From Haliotis cracherodii (lineage: Eukaryota), in the NCBI RefSeq assembly GCF_022045235.1, contig NW_027266341.1, forward strand, positions 40,114,001 through 40,178,000: a DNA stretch of 64,000 nucleotides, read 5' to 3'. Positions within the stretch are counted from its first letter, which is position 1; every line of letters starts with the position of its first letter. The translations under genes were made by a program, and so were the position numbers. This document shows positions 13,215-27,460 of this stretch, piece by piece. The notes beneath the pieces were generated by a model, which worked only from the letters and a program-made list of their open reading frames with translations, was not told where the DNA came from and did not search any database.

Positions 13215-16200
13215 TAGCAAAATCTAAATATTTTTGTATACTTATCCTGCATTACACCTTAATGCATTCACTGCTTACTTTACAACAAAAGACGATACAG
13301 CGCAACGACGATGGTCCTGAGTGAAGAAATAAAATACTGTTGCTCATAGTCCCACTCAACATACTGTTGAGGTCTTGAAGCCAAAGTGGGGAGGCAAGTC
13401 TGCGACAGGTGGGCCTCAAACGTAGTAATGCAGGATAAGTATACAAATGTAAAAAATATTTAGATTTTACTATTTTTTTTACTCATCCTGCATTACTCCT
13501 TAATGCATCTGTATCGGACAGTTTGGAGGTGGGAAACCCTCAAAATACAGAAACCTCAATAATTCACACCCTGAAGAAATGACATCAGAAGTCGATAAAC
13601 TGTGATGCGGAAAAGTTCAGAAAAATGCCATCAGGGTCAGGGTATTTCAATGTGAAAAAAACATGAACTAAAGAATAGCTCCCTATACACCATAGCAATA
13701 AAATGAAATTGGCTTACCAGCTAGGTCTTACTTAGAGCCCTTGTAGACAACCAATTGTCTAATATTCTTCCACTGGCAAAATCTAAGCGACTGCACCGAA
13801 AATGGAATGGCTCTGTATAGCGCGAGTTCATTATTTGTACCGGAGGTTGGTAACCTGCTGGGCTACAACCAACGTTCCAAAACTTCATACGACTTAGACG
13901 TGCTCAAGAAAATAATGACTGGCGAAAACTGTGTCAGAATCCTTCCATGAGTGTTTTAATCGAGCAATTGCTGTGCAACACCATGGTAGAGGCTATTGCC
14001 CTGATCTCGTGAGGATTATTTGCTCTTGCTGGATCCAGATTGGCGATCTCGTAGGCCTGAAGGATGACTGTGCGTAACCATAGAGATATGGAGTAACTTC
14101 GGTCATGGACATAGGAGAAACAGGTATAAATAACCGCTTCATTGAACCACGCCTAGTCTTGGAACGGCAGATGAAAACTCGTAATGCCCACAAGGGGCAT
14201 AGCGGAAGTTCACCCTCATCTTCGCTTCCTTAGTCATCTTGTGATTTTCCGGAATGGCCAACACTGAGTTAAGTGCAACAAAGTACGTAGTTGGTTGGTG
14301 GGTTTGTTGTTTAATGCTGCACTCAGCAATATTCCAGCTATATGATGGTGGTCTGTAAAAAAAAATCGATTCTGGACCAAACATTCCAGTGATTAATATC
14401 ATGAGCATCGATCCATGCAATTGGAATCAATGACATGCATCAACCAAGTCAGCGAGTCTGACCACCCGATCAACCAGGGTGTGACCAAAGTCAGAGGAAG
14501 ACTCCTTGTCTCTTTGATCTTTTACAGTACCCTGAGAAGTAAAACTGGTGGCGGAAAAGCGTTTGCTTTTACGCCTTCCCAAGGAATGCTGAACATGTCC
14601 ACCGCCAAAGCCTGCGGATCTGGTAACGGGAGAAATACGTCATGAGATAGTAATTTTGACAAGTTGCAAACAGGTCGATGTTTGGTTGCCCAAAATTCTG
14701 AAGCAGTAACTGGAATGCTTCTAAGTGAAGTTTCCACTTGGTTTGGACCACCCTGTCTGGACGCAATAAAGCATGGATAAAGCATGTTTAGACATACTGG
14801 GATGTGTTGAACTATGAACTTTAGTTGCAACCAATTCCACTAGATGAAAAAACATGAATGTCTGTTGAAGCAGGGAGTGGGAGTGTGCTGATTGCGCAGG
14901 CACCACACCACAGTGCTGTTGTCTGTGGATATTGCAAGTTGGGCTGAATGTAGTTGATTCTGCCAATGTGATACGGCCAGAATTAACGCTTCCAACTACA
15001 TGTTGTTTATGTGCTTTTGATGAGCGCCGGACCATAGCCCTGAGGCTGTCAGGCCTTACAGGTGAGCACCCGTCCCCTGAAGGGAGGCGTCTACGAACAG
15101 GTGTAGATTCAGGGATAACCCGGATGAAGAGACTCCTAAGACATTCGACTCTACCGTCCACCAATTGAGGTAAGGCCTTAGTTGAGCTGGTAGAGTAATG
15201 GCCTTGAGTGGATCCTGACGCCTGATGTAAGGATTCAGGAATTGTTGAATTCCACGAAAGGAGTCCTGCGTCTGGCCTTCCTTGAGAGACTTGCATCTAG
15301 GCTTATAATTGCCTGACCTGCCGGGAAACTGTGAGAAACGTGCTCCAAAGCTCTGTGCCGTCTCATCCCTAGCGTAACTGGAAACTTTGGCGTGTGTGTT
15401 CGTAATCTGTTCATTAAACAGAGATGTGGAAGACAAAGGATGACGTAGCAGCCTACGCTTAAACTCTAATGTGGATAGGGCTAAATAGCCAAGCCTCCGT
15501 GAGACAGTTATTTCTGCCAATGCAGCTTTAAGGTGATTTCTAGTGGTCAACATGACGCTGTTGAAAATCGACTATAGTTTGGAGATGATCTGGTCGGTTT
15601 GGGTTCTCCTCAGACAGATGCTGCTCCATACATGTAGACGGTGCTAGAGCTGATAAAGGTTTTAATACCTGTCGAATTTCTGTTTCAATTAATGCAAATC
15701 TTGTTTTCCTGAACCTTAAGAGTTGAAGGCCTTGACGAGCCTGTGATTCTCTGTATAACCTCATCCAAACTATGTGCCTGGTCTGCTATCTCAAAAGCAT
15801 GGATAGGAAATTCATCCTACCTAAACTTGGGTGGCTTAAACAACGGCGTAAGCGTCAGCCTGGAAAAGCCCTCATTCATAAGTCTAATCTAATCTGTCCT
15901 CATCGGGCCGACCGGATCGATTTAGGATGTGTCCATAGTGTGTCCTTTTTATCCAGCCTGTTACCTGGAGAAGGCACTGAAATGAGGCGATCCTCTTCCC
16001 AATCAGGTACCTGTGCCAGACTGAGATGAGTATTCCATTCTGTTGAAGAATCTTTCTCTTCACCATTAAAATGTTGACGTGAACGTCTAGATGGTGAACG
16101 ACTTGTACTCCTATGTGTAGTGCTACCTCTGACCGAGGGCTTAGATGATCCGTCTGGTGAATAGGAATCATGCGTCAATGTCCAAGTATGTGCAGGTGCA

Positions 16201-17604
16201 CTGGCACGATTCAACGATGAATGTGCTGTATTATGACGTACAATGGGGGCATTATATACGTTAGGCGCTGGCGTAGGTGCTAAGACCTGTGCCGTAGATG
16301 TAACCGACGCAGGCGTCTGATACATAGGCGTAGGCATGGGCGCAGGATACAAATGCGTCATGGACTGCTGCCACATGGACTTGCATCAAATCAGTGTTCC
16401 ATAACAGTGTTGGCGCCTGAGCGTGTATCTGCTGTGCTGGATATGTTGGTAAGCTGATCATGCGTTGCCTGAATAGCATTGTACACGGATAGCCCTGGGG
16501 CTGATGTCATTGTCGATGTGCTTGGATAGTAGGTGTTGGCTGGAATGTGGCTTGGGTTTTGGGCTACCCCCATCAAAGCGTCTTGAGATCTCACAGATCT
16601 AGCAGAACTAGATGTCTCAGACGGCTGAAAATTAGGGTCAGTTATGATACTCACAAAATCCCCTGGATTGAGGTTTTCGGCGAAACATGCACTTTAGCAG
16701 TGACAGTAACGGCCGACATATAACCCGCCGAAGATAATGGTTGTGTAGTAATGACCGAACCATGTGCCTCGCTATTCAGCGATTGTGACATCTTCTCACG
16801 ACGGGATTGCTGCAAAATATGTTTGTGAGTGACCTGCCTATAAATTGCAGAACTCGTCGGAGAGAGATTTACACAAAAGACACATTTAGAGTTTGGTGCA
16901 CAAATTTGCATGCATGTCAAACAACGTGGATGAAGATCCTTGGCAGATTTTTTTCCACGACAATTAGTACAACACGCAAGCATAAGTTACACAAATAAAG
17001 ACTTTTTGATGATGCAGAACTAGAAGAGTGTAATCGAATTGAATTAATCCGGTAAAAATATTGTAGCGAGTTGAGGGTGTAGTCATTAATTTGTATATAC
17101 GCGACTCATTGTAACACCAAAGCTAGTAGTATTTAAGAACACATAAATATGTTATACATAAGTAGCTGAGAATTGTAAACAAATTAACTACCCTTGCAGG
17201 CAAACATTTGTAACACAATTCAAAATGGCGGTGAACAAACAGCATGTGGTGGGGAAAAAATGCCTAAATAAATCATATGAAACTGCACAACATGGTGAGA
17301 GTGTTATGAAAAGAATACATCACCCGTCGCAGATCAATTGTAGACAAAAACTGAAGGTCTAAATTAATCCAAAGTGAAAGCTCAGCTGGTAGACGTCCGT
17401 GCTGTAGCACGAGAGGCAGTGATGTGAAGAGGTGACCTCGGGTCATCGAGGTCACAGGACAGCTGTGATGGTCTTGAAAAGTGGGACCACAAACAACAGT
17501 ATTGTATTTCTTCACCCAGGGACAGGACCATTGTGCTGTCCAGTCTTTGGTTGTAAGGTAAGCAGTGAATGCATTGAGGAGTATTGCGGGATAAGTAAAA
17601 AATT
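13215..17604 (-). mobile_element. DIRS1-type tyrosine-recombinase retrotransposon, degenerate, RT core deleted
   Basis: Inverted terminal repeats (13240-13350 vs 17480-17604) and an internal complementary region at 13425-13507. Coding remnants: Cys-rich gag start (16983, CTNC..DLHPRCLTC), RNase H (LFVDASLQGTGAHL), methyltransferase-like (IDLFAT..DPQALAVDMFSIPW..AFPP) and YR (WALRVFICRS..KRLFIP). Confidence 0.9.
14290..14472 (-). mobile_element. SINE 3' fragment inserted in the DIRS element
   Basis: gcactcagcaatattccagctatatg...accaagtcagcgag, the reverse complement of the SINE at 23732-23945. Confidence 0.85.
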
Positions 17605-18014
17605 TGGTGAGTTGTGCGATCTACCGATCACTTCACACAATTTCGCCAAAATGAAGTGGGAACAAACTTGAATGAAATTTTGAATAAAATAGATTACAAA
17701 CCTAAGTCCAATAATACAATGAACACTTCAGTATGGATTTGATTACATGGTATTTCTGGTGTTGTGTGCTCACGATAATGTCTTTGTGTTGGAGGAATAA
17801 AAAATATCAAAACTCTTCAACCCTGTGTATAGGGCGGTCCCCCTATTTCTAGGTAAGAAAACCAATATACACACCAATATACGGTACCTCATTTGAGAAG
17901 CTTTACCAGCCATAGTTTCTAGACTGGTTGTACCTATTTGTAAGTGAGACAAGGGCGATACGATGCCTCCTACGATCTGACCAGAGACTTATCCCCATGC
18001 CCAGTGTGGATGGG

Positions 18015-18082
18015 ATAGTTCGGCAAGATAGGAAACTGGACTTATTAATATAATCAGTTAACTCCCTTGCCTCGGGAAGATG
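18015..18082. mobile_element. Solitary TIR of the CATCTTCCC MITE family
   Basis: agttcggcaag..ggaaactggactt...gttaactcccttgcctcgggaagatg matches the TIRs ending at 5913 and 55036. Confidence 0.7.
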
Positions 18083-18315
18083 TTATATTGCTTGCAAAAT
18101 AGCCAGTGCATCACTACTTTACAGTTGCATGAAGATATTTAAAATTTGTTGACTTATTGGAAACAAGAAAAAAAATTGATTCCACAGAATTGTAAACAAG
18201 AAAAATAATTGATTCAACAGAAGTGAAAACAAGAAACAGTTCGGCTTTGGTATGACTGGGAATAACATTATTTAACTAAATTATACAGAATTAACATCAT
18301 GTCATTAAAGCAAAC

Positions 18316-18490
18316 CTTGTTTTCTTCAAGGAACTTTAGCTTGATGGAGACATCTCCTCGTAATCTCTCAAACTTGACCTTGTGATCTTCAAACTTCCGT
18401 TTGGATTCATCAAGTCTCTGGGCGGTTGTAGAATCTTTCGGACCAAGACTCAAAGTCTCCATATCATTACGATACGCATCAAATTCAAGC
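18316..18490 (-). CDS. ARFIP2: Arfaptin coding exon 4
   Basis: RLEFDAYRND...KFERLRGDVSIKLKFLEENK; AG/GT boundaries with compatible phases. Confidence 0.95.
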
Positions 18491-18632
18491 CTGAAACAAA
18501 GACCATTCAGTATGATGTGGGACACAACAAGGAGAATGTGATATGTACACAAATTATATGTTAAAACGTACTTAACATTTGAGAAAGAAAATTCAAACGC
18601 AAGGAAATATAAGGTATGAAGTTGTCCCTTAC

Positions 18633-18726
18633 CTTGCTGTTTCATACAGCTTGACAGTGAGAAGTGTGTCCTCCATGGTCTTGTTACACAACGTGTTGAC
18701 AGAGGAGGTAAAGAAGTTCAGGGCAC
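18633..18726 (-). CDS. ARFIP2: Arfaptin coding exon 3
   Basis: [32 protein letters not shown]; AG/GT boundaries. Confidence 0.95.
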
Positions 18727-18817
18727 CTGCAACGTTACACCATATGTTACTGATTAGCTGTTTCCAGTATTATACATCAGAACTATACCCATTCCTTCTT
18801 GAATCATAACATATGTA

Positions 18818-19238
18818 CAGGGATGTGAGCAGGTTTTCCCGAAAAAAGAGGAAAAGTCTAGGGGGGGTAAATTTTTTAAACATTTGATTGCATTTTAAGC
18901 AATTTCGTGCAGTTTGAACAACATTCACACCAAGAAATGTAATAAGTCAATGGAAAAGTCAATAAGTCAAGTAAACAAGTTAAATCAGTACTTTTAAACC
19001 CCACGTTATAGTGCAAGTATTCTTGATAGAAAACGTATGATGTCCGAAAACCTATGCTGGTGAAAGCTCTGATCGAAAACAGGACAATCCGCGATGGTTG
19101 TCCGGTTTTCGATCATATTTTTCCCATTTTTTTTAAAAAAAAATAATTAAATTTTTACGCTGAAGATGATTTTTTCCGAGGACTGCTGTTTTAAAAAAAA
19201 GCGATTTTCCGCGTTTCCGCAGAGATTTCACATCCCTG
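18818..19238. mobile_element. hAT-like MITE
   Basis: TIR cagggatgtga / tcacatccctg; flanking duplication tatgta (6 bp). Confidence 0.75.
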
Positions 19239-19263
19239 TATGTAACATATGAATACTGACATT

Positions 19264-19440
19264 AGGTGAGTGAGTGAGTGAGTGAGTATGGTTTTATGCC
19301 GCTTTTGGCAATATTCCAGCAATATCACGGCGGGGGACAGCAGAAATGGGCTTCACACATTGTACCCATGTCGGGAATCAAACCCGGTTCTTTGGCGTGA
19401 CGAGCTAACGCTTTAACCACTAGGCCACCCGACCGCCCCT
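19264..19440 (-). mobile_element. Full-length short tRNA-derived SINE
   Basis: tRNA-like head with A/B boxes, (ACTC)n tail, 11-bp TSD atactgacatt (19253-63, 19441-51). Confidence 0.92.
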
Positions 19441-19895
19441 ATACTGACATTGGAACCTAACTGCATATCATATACAAATACTAAGAAAACTATCAAATAG
19501 TGAAGACCAAAATTGGTACTTGTACAAAATCTTTGTAATGCCTAGTCTACTTCACTTCGCAGCAAGAAATATCCAAGATGTGCAGCTGTAAGATACAAGA
19601 ATCTTGCATCATAAAGTAACCCGTACTAGCATCAGTGTCAATGTGCATCACTTCCTGGTACGGTTTCAGTGGAAACTATCAGCATCGCCATGTCAAGCTA
19701 CATCCCACTGCATGAACATTAAGGACACCACCATTTTGGCAACAAGAATAAACACAGACATTTCGTATTTTGTAAATACATGTACATTAAACAAATCATA
19801 ATTGAAATTTCTTTTCCTAAATGCTTTCCAAATGTGTGTGATTTCCAATGAGTGGTATGCAAATTATATTTTAAACTATTTTGTCAAATTCTAAC

Positions 19896-20300
19896 CTAAC
19901 AGGGTTTCTCCATTCTTGACCAAGGACCTCTGTGTCTCACAGTTGTATGTAAACTCCTCATGCAACTCTGGAGCCTTCTGTGCAAGATCAGAGAAAGACT
20001 CTCCCAGTGCTCTCTGGGTCTGTACCACATAGAAGAAGTGGTTTGTCAGAGCCCTGGCAAGACGAAGCACACTGGCGTACTTGCGCTGGGTGTCTCGCAG
20101 AATTTCTATCTGAGCCTCTAGTTCAAGATCCACTGTCTTAGAGCTCTTGCCAAACCTCTCTGACAGCATCTGCTTGGTGCACTTGAATGTGTTGATACTC
20201 CATTCTCGCAGTGACTCCAGCTTGGTTGCAGCCTGAGTGATTGACTTGGGTACAAAGTCACCATTTGTCTGTGGTGAGGACAGCGGCACATTGCTGGTGG
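19896..20300 (-). CDS. ARFIP2: Arfaptin coding exon 2 (AH/BAR domain)
   Basis: [49 protein letters not shown]...KNGETLLG. Confidence 0.96.
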
Positions 20301-20698
20301 CTGCACAAACAAAACATGTGGTTAACAAGGGCAGACATGAAACACAATTGTCACTACATTTCATTCTAGACAAAAAGTATCATCATAACTTTCTTGAATA
20401 CATCATTAGAACAACATTTTGATTACAGGGAGTATTATGGAAGATCCTATATCAATCTGACAATGCAATGTCAATAGTGACCATGTCAGAAATCAGGACA
20501 CCAAGCATAAACGTAATAAAACTGTATTGGTACATCATCATGCTTTCATTGGGTTAGTTAAGAAATTGGCAAACAGTTAAAACTTGATCCACCTCTAGAA
20601 TATTATCAATGAATTAACTTGATCATATACCATCAGCAGTGCTCAGGTCAGCTTGTCACCTTTAATGAAATGTATATTACATGTTGCAATTAGATTCT

Positions 20699-22290
20699 GA
20701 GCGAGTGAGTTCGGTATTTCATTTTCAGTTATATCATGACATGCCAGCTTGTTGCTGGTGGAAAATCCGAAGTGATGCAGGTCTTAGTTATTTACCACTT
20801 TTGTCAAACCCACACGCAATGGTGTGGTGCCGGCAAACCTGAAAACAGGGCTCGAATCTTGTAAACTCAACTTGTCCTGCAGGGCTAGTAGATATTATTT
20901 TGTACTGCAATATTTTCACTTGCCAGTTTATATTTGATAATTTTATGTTCTCAGTTATTATTACATTTTTTTTCTGTAACTGAAGTAAATTTCCTTTTTA
21001 GCCCTGTTTGATAATCAAATCACGTTTTTTCTCATCAAACACTATTGTCCTTGATCAAAAACTTGTACATCAACCATTGCCCTTACAAGTGTTTTCACTT
21101 TCGCTTTGACATTATTGTGAGCATGTAACACTGGAAATACCATGTCAACAAATCTGTACTGAAGTACACCATTTAATCTTGTAATTACACAGTCTGGCTA
21201 TGAAGAGTGTTCATTGTACATGTGGACTTATGTCTGTAATCTATTTTATTGATTCTATTCAAAATTTCATTCTATATTGTCGGTGATCAGTGATTGGTAG
21301 ATTGCACAACTCAGCATTATTTACAGCAATCACAACTCAGCATTATTTACAGCAACCACTGTCAGATTACCTCTGCTGATGCCTTGAAACAAATCTTAGT
21401 TGACAGTGAATGGATACATATACATAAATGTCATACTTTGACTCGCTAAAAGCCATATTTGTTGTAGTATGACTATAAAATGTCAACATAAAGTTATCGC
21501 AATCACCTCGACCGTGACTGGTCAAAATGTTCCATACAATAACAAATATCCAGCAATAGCAATCAGTTGTACCAAAATTCTATGGTTATTGTAATCAGAA
21601 ATATATATAAACAACCTGCAACTAAAATAACACAATATTTTCAGATATATAAAAAAATATTTTCAGATGCACTTCTTCTGATCATTGCATCAAAATTCTT
21701 TGAAGTTATATTATTGGGTGATTTTTAACCAATTCACCAGTAGATTGGAAGAAAAAGTGTGTACAGCTGATTGCTGTTTCTGGTTTAGTTTGTGAGATAT
21801 ACACACTTAATCATAATTTCTGCATGTAAAACAATGCCTAGCAGAGCAGGAAATATAATTTAAAGGATAAATAAACACGTCTAGTGATGTTATATCTCAA
21901 ATCTCAAAGTGACTGAGTTTGTTTTCACCCTTTCATTTACCTGAATACACTGAAGGGATACGATGTAATTTATTTCTGCACATAATAGATAATGCTATTC
22001 ATTTCTTTAACAGAAAGTTGTCAAGTTTGCTGGCTATTTATGATATGAGTGACATGTATTTTGTTGTTACTGCTGAAAACGTGCGAGAGATTATTTTAGG
22101 TTCGAAATTATTTTGCATATTATATTGAAAACGATAAGCGATGAATTGACATGACTGAAATATGTACTCGTCCAGTGGGATGAGCACATGCTGCCACTGA
22201 TCAATACGAGCGGACAAGTGGATTTTTCGAGCCCTGAGGAAACATTATCAGGGCCAACCAAGATTCAAACCCAAGATCATACACATGCAT
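20699..22290 (-). mobile_element. SINE (same family as 45976-46185) split by the hAT-like insertion
   Basis: gaagtgatgcaggtcttag...caaacct at 20770-20840 resumes as aggaaacatt..gattcaaaccc after 22237. Confidence 0.7.
20846..22236. mobile_element. Non-autonomous hAT-like DNA transposon
   Basis: TIR cagggctcgaa / ttcgagccctg with subterminal cttgtcc/ggacaag; no clear TSD. Confidence 0.7.
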
Positions 22291-23731
22291 AATGGTGAGC
22301 ATTGTGTCAGAATTGGTTTTCTTATTTACATATTCAGGCAAAAGAGCTACTGGTTATCAAAGCAAGACAAGCAGCGTTTTATCAAGAATATGTGTAATCT
22401 AAGAATGCTTATTTTTAAAATGTTCTGTAGACACATGTTTTACTCATCATGCTTTATATAAAACAGAAATAAGGAAGCCAAATCATACCCCGTATATAGT
22501 GCTTACAAAATAGTGTCACAGCACTGTAGCTCACCTACATGTTGTCAACAGTTCAAAAACAAACACAGCCACAGAACAAAAGTAACTGTCACCACTGATT
22601 TTCACATTTTTCAAGCATAAATACCAGTAATGAACAGGAAAATCTAATGTCATCATAAGGGAAAACAAACAGTTCAGCTCCCCCATTCTGGCAATTTCAG
22701 AAGGAAAGAAGTTCATAGAGACAAATATGCATTATTGTGAAAATGTATAAAATAACAACATGTTTGTTCAGCCCCACTAGTAACCAAACATGTACCCAAT
22801 ATTGTTATATATGAGTAATGGTCATAAATATATTCAAAATTCAATTGTGGGGGGGTCATACTGAACATTTGAATCAAACCTCTTGAACAAATTGGGGCGT
22901 CATCATTGCTAGGAACAAGTATGGGAAGTTTCAGCTTCATTGGTCCAGTGGTTCCTAAGCATGCTGAGGAGAAGATGTTTATGGAGGAAGACGGACAAAC
23001 AGGCCATGACATAAGCTCACTTGACAAAATGTCCGGTGAGCTCAAAATAGACAATGGGTGTTTAAACATTAATGCAAGGGATGCATTCTTAAATATTCCC
23101 CTTTGACTGAGTCAGGATTTTATTTACCCCCTAAACCTTTGAAACGTGTAAGTTACCCCATGGATACTAAATTGTTTTAAAAAACTTGTAAATGCTCAGC
23201 ATAATTATGTCATTGCAAGCCTTCCCCTAAAAGGTAGGTCAAAATCGTCTAATAACAGTAATTGTGATGACAATATGTCTTTCAGATGTCAGTGTGATTA
23301 TTGTCTCTTGACTCACAGGCAAACATTATGCAAGCCAGACAGAGAACCAGGGGTGATAGCAATGATTAAATAATACCTACTTTCTTTCATAGTAACGTTG
23401 TACGAGGGCAAATACAGATACATGAGATGTGACGCTGATGGTTTGCTTGTGGGAGCTGGTTTATGCATGGGAAATATGCAGTATTCCTGCCTAATGGAAA
23501 TCCTTGAAAACCCCTGTTCATGTTTAATGCCATCAGTCATGTGCAAAACAGACAGTGTCAGCTGCTACAGTTATCTCCATAATCAGTTAGAATCTACACT
23601 CACTTCATCTACATACATTTCATTTCCAGTTGTCACTGACTACAGTAGAATTACACCTTAGCTAAAAGGTTTTCAACAAGAAAAATGACAGTAAAGCCAT
23701 TGAAGGAGTCCTTGTAAGAGTAGGAAGCACA

Positions 23732-23945
23732 GGCGACTGCTTGTTGTAAGAGGCGACTAACGGGATCGGTTGGTCAGGCTCGCTGACTTGGTTGATGCTT
23801 GTCATCGATCCCAAATGCGTGGATCGAATATCATGATATCAATCACTGGATTGTCTGGTCTAGACTTTATTATTTACAGACCGCCGTCATATAGCTGGAA
23901 TATTGCTGAGTGCGCCATAAAAAAACAAAAAAAACAACTAAAAAA
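23732..23945 (+). mobile_element. SINE-like element with probable RTE-5'UTR-derived head
   Basis: gcttgttgtaagaggcgactaacgggatc...gctggaatattgctgag with an A-rich tail; related copies at 14290, 40493 and 55630. Confidence 0.85.
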
Positions 23946-25161
23946 CAATTAATTGCAGAAATTGCAAATTTCTCCTCTCTAATCCTTAACATGCTCAACA
24001 GCAACTCTCAGTAAATACTGCTTAATAAATATGCCTGGTCACATGCCTTTCTCTTCTGAAATTTTACTAAAATATAGAGTTGACTAAGGTGACCATGTGT
24101 GACAGAAATCAGATGTAATTCCATATATTGTCAAAGGCATATAAACATGAATTAAAGCCATGTAGTGAAAAATAGTAGAATAGTATAACTACATCTTTTT
24201 ATCAAGCATGAAGGGGAAGGTAATGTTTACAGCAATGGTTTGTTAAGTAAGCATGAGCTGAGGAAAGGTAACATGGTTAGGTAGAGTGTGCAAAACATTA
24301 CCAGTGCATGTATTTCTGTTTACGAAGTACTTATATTCAGAATATATAATAAAAAACTGATTTCTGTTTAAAAAAACCAATTTCATTTCGTCAGAGGTGA
24401 AACTATGAAACAATGCTAAAGAAATTTACACTGATTATATTGCTCATAGCCTACATCTCAGCATCAACATGATCAGGTAATATCAAAACTAGGGATGCCA
24501 TCGTATATTGTGTAAAACTGATGTATTGGTACAATTTTAATACTTATTCTCTATCTATACAAATGTATGACTTTTAAATTTATATGTACCATAAGCACGA
24601 TAGAAAGGCAAAAATATTTATTTGAAACTGTCAATTAAATGGATCAGCCTTCTTCATATTTAACATAAAGTTGATTATTTACAGGTTCTTATACTTGATA
24701 TAGGATGTTTTCATCTGTATCCATAAAATAACTAATTTTGTTATTCAATAATATATGGTGCCATATTTGAGTCGATATATGGATACTATTCAAATTCCAA
24801 GCATTGACACCCCAAATCAAAAACAATCATTCAAAATGATCATTCTTCAAACCAACTGGACATCATCTGAACTCTCTGAACTTTCGTGAGAGCAATTGTA
24901 AGAGTACAAAGATTAAACAAACATGTTATCAACAATCCTTGTTCATCCACGGTATTATTTCTCCTTTAATAACCTTGCACTCTTAGCTTCCTCCAAATCA
25001 TGTTGGTATGATTCTGTTAAGTACTAGAACTTCATTTAGACAGATGATAAGGTGCTTTAGCTTGGATAACTATAAGGTAATTAATTCATTGCGAGGCAAT
25101 GTTATAACACCTCTAACAAGGTTATGAAGTCAGAAGCAAGGAAAGCAGAGAGAAGACACAC

Positions 25162-25417
25162 CAGGAGGCATGGTGTAGGAGCGAGTTAATCGGGCTTGGG
25201 GTGACGCACTTCTCGTTGCTGGAGACTCAAATGATGAACTCAAGGCTGTACTTCCTGCATAGGATGCGGTCATTCTGGTCGGTGTCCCACCTTGAACATT
25301 TGAACTAGCATCATTCAAATTTGGCCCATCATCTAACATCTCTTTCAAGTCTCTTTCAAATGTGTCTTCTTCCCCTTCCATTCCATTTGGTATTGCTTGT
25401 TGCCCTTCTCTAGCCAT
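25162..25417 (-). CDS. ARFIP2: Arfaptin coding exon 1
   Basis: accATG at 25417, acceptor at 25436, phase-1 GT donor joining exon 2 in frame. The five exons total 1083 nt (360 aa). Confidence 0.85.
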
Positions 25418-25689
25418 GGTGACTATTTACATTGCCTTGTAAACAAAACAAAAGAAATACAGGTTTATACACAGAACTTACATTTTGTACAATATTGTAT
25501 ATATTAGAAATGAACTAAATTTTTTATCAGCTTCCATTTTTCTCAATATTTGATCAGTAAAACATTTAAAATATTAACTTTAAAAACTTGATAACTATTT
25601 ATCCTCAGGGTTCTATGTTTTGACTTTGGCGGAACTTACAAGTTAAAATTCACTTCAGCAAATGAAATTTTAATAGCCATAGTCACATG

Positions 25690-27460
25690 ACTGTTAGATC
25701 TAAAGTGTAAATCAATCGGCCTACCTATAGAATACAGTACCACAAAGTTTTCATATATGGCACAATACTCTGTGATGTAAGGGGACATCGAGTGTCCATA
25801 AGCTCCTATCAGTGATCTATCATCTCTAAACAAATCTCAAACGTATTTGAATTAACAGGATGAAGTAGTTTCATGTCAAAGATTTTGACTTCAGCAAACT
25901 GTCATTTTGAATTTCTCCTACCCAAGCCACTTTCACTTGCTACATTTCTTCACTAATTATTCAAAAGCCAACAACCTAGTGACGGCAGTAGCCATGCCTA
26001 TGACTTTGTAGTTCCTTACTATGATTCGAGTTGTCCTTACAGTGTTCTGACGGAGTCTCACAAAAAATAGTTGCTGGTCACTTGAAGACATGTGACCCAG
26101 GACAGAGATCATCCTCAGGAGACATTGTGATAATGCATTCGACAGGTGCTAATTCTAAATGTTCAACCTTAATATAGTTTGCCTGACAGCCAACAGACTG
26201 AGCTACTTCCAGTCCACATTGTTAAATTTACCTAGTCATGTCTAAGACGTTAGGATCTGAACGAGAAGGGTCGAATATGTGACACACTCTTAGTTGGCTT
26301 TGTGTCACATGACTTTAGTCTACGGACACTTACGAGTGATCCTGCTGCCATTTGGAACACTGGTCCCATTCTGTAATCTACAAGATACCAAGTGGTGAGG
26401 AATGAGCCAATATGGCACGAACTGAAAATGGCTCCAGGATTCGTATTCACAGGTACATGATATGAATAACATGATATTTAATCATTTGTTGGGTGATTTT
26501 GTGTCAGAAAAATGTGGGAGGGATCACTGTAAGGAAAATGTGGATCGTAGTGAGGAAGGAGGATGTCAAGGAAGGCATAAGCATGGCTGGTGATGCCACA
26601 AGGTTGAGTCTGCTTTTGAATCATTACTGAACAAATGTAGCAGGTGAAAGTGGCTTATGTGGATGTTCCAAGACAGTTTCCAGTAACGGAAATATTCGAC
26701 ACTAAACCATTTCATCCTGCTTTCTCAACTTTTTTATGTGAAGAATATTAGGAGTTGCTATAGAATCTACCGGTAATAGCCACTAAACAGGTACCTAACT
26801 CGTAAAGGGGCGATCCATCATAAAGGGGATCCAAGGGCTAAGGATTTTGGGGTAACCTGCCCAACACAATTAACTAACCCTCAGGATAGACGATCAGTGA
26901 AGCCAGAGACACAGCCACAAGAAATATGGAGTCTACAAACCTAATTGATTTAGTGAAAAAGATGTTCCAAGGTAAATCAGCTGGCGACATTTGGATGTGT
27001 GCAGCATCAAAATAACATACCTAATAAACTGCATTCCCATGCATAATAATGAAAATTAATGAATAAAAAAATGAAATATGTATACTGTATACATAATATA
27101 TCCCTTTAGCCACATTAATTAAGTTGAAATCGAAATATAAAATCTATTTAAAAAAATGTGCATTTCATAAACTATAGAACTTGCTATAATATGCGCTGTC
27201 ACAGGCAATATTTCATAAACAAATATTCAAAACTGTGAACATTGCTGGGCTTATTCAATGATACAGAGATGATAGATCACTGAGAGGAGCTTATACACAC
27301 TAGACGACCCCAGCAACTCTGTTGCTAGGCTGGCCACACAGGGCATTGTTTTGCAGGTGTCTTTTGCAACAAAATTTCACAAATTCCGTCATAGGGTATT
27401 GTGTTTGTTAACTTTCGTGGTGCTGAATTCTTATGGTAGGTCGATTCTCCAGTTAAGTGA
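25690..27460. repeat. Two oppositely oriented fragments of one repeat (25690-25827, 27265-27460)
   Basis: agagatgatagatcactga.aggagcttat and downstream gtattgtg..actt..gtggt.ctg are shared. Confidence 0.7.

Noticed and set aside
19360-19440. tRNA gene
   Set aside because: It is a SINE head with body, tail and TSD.
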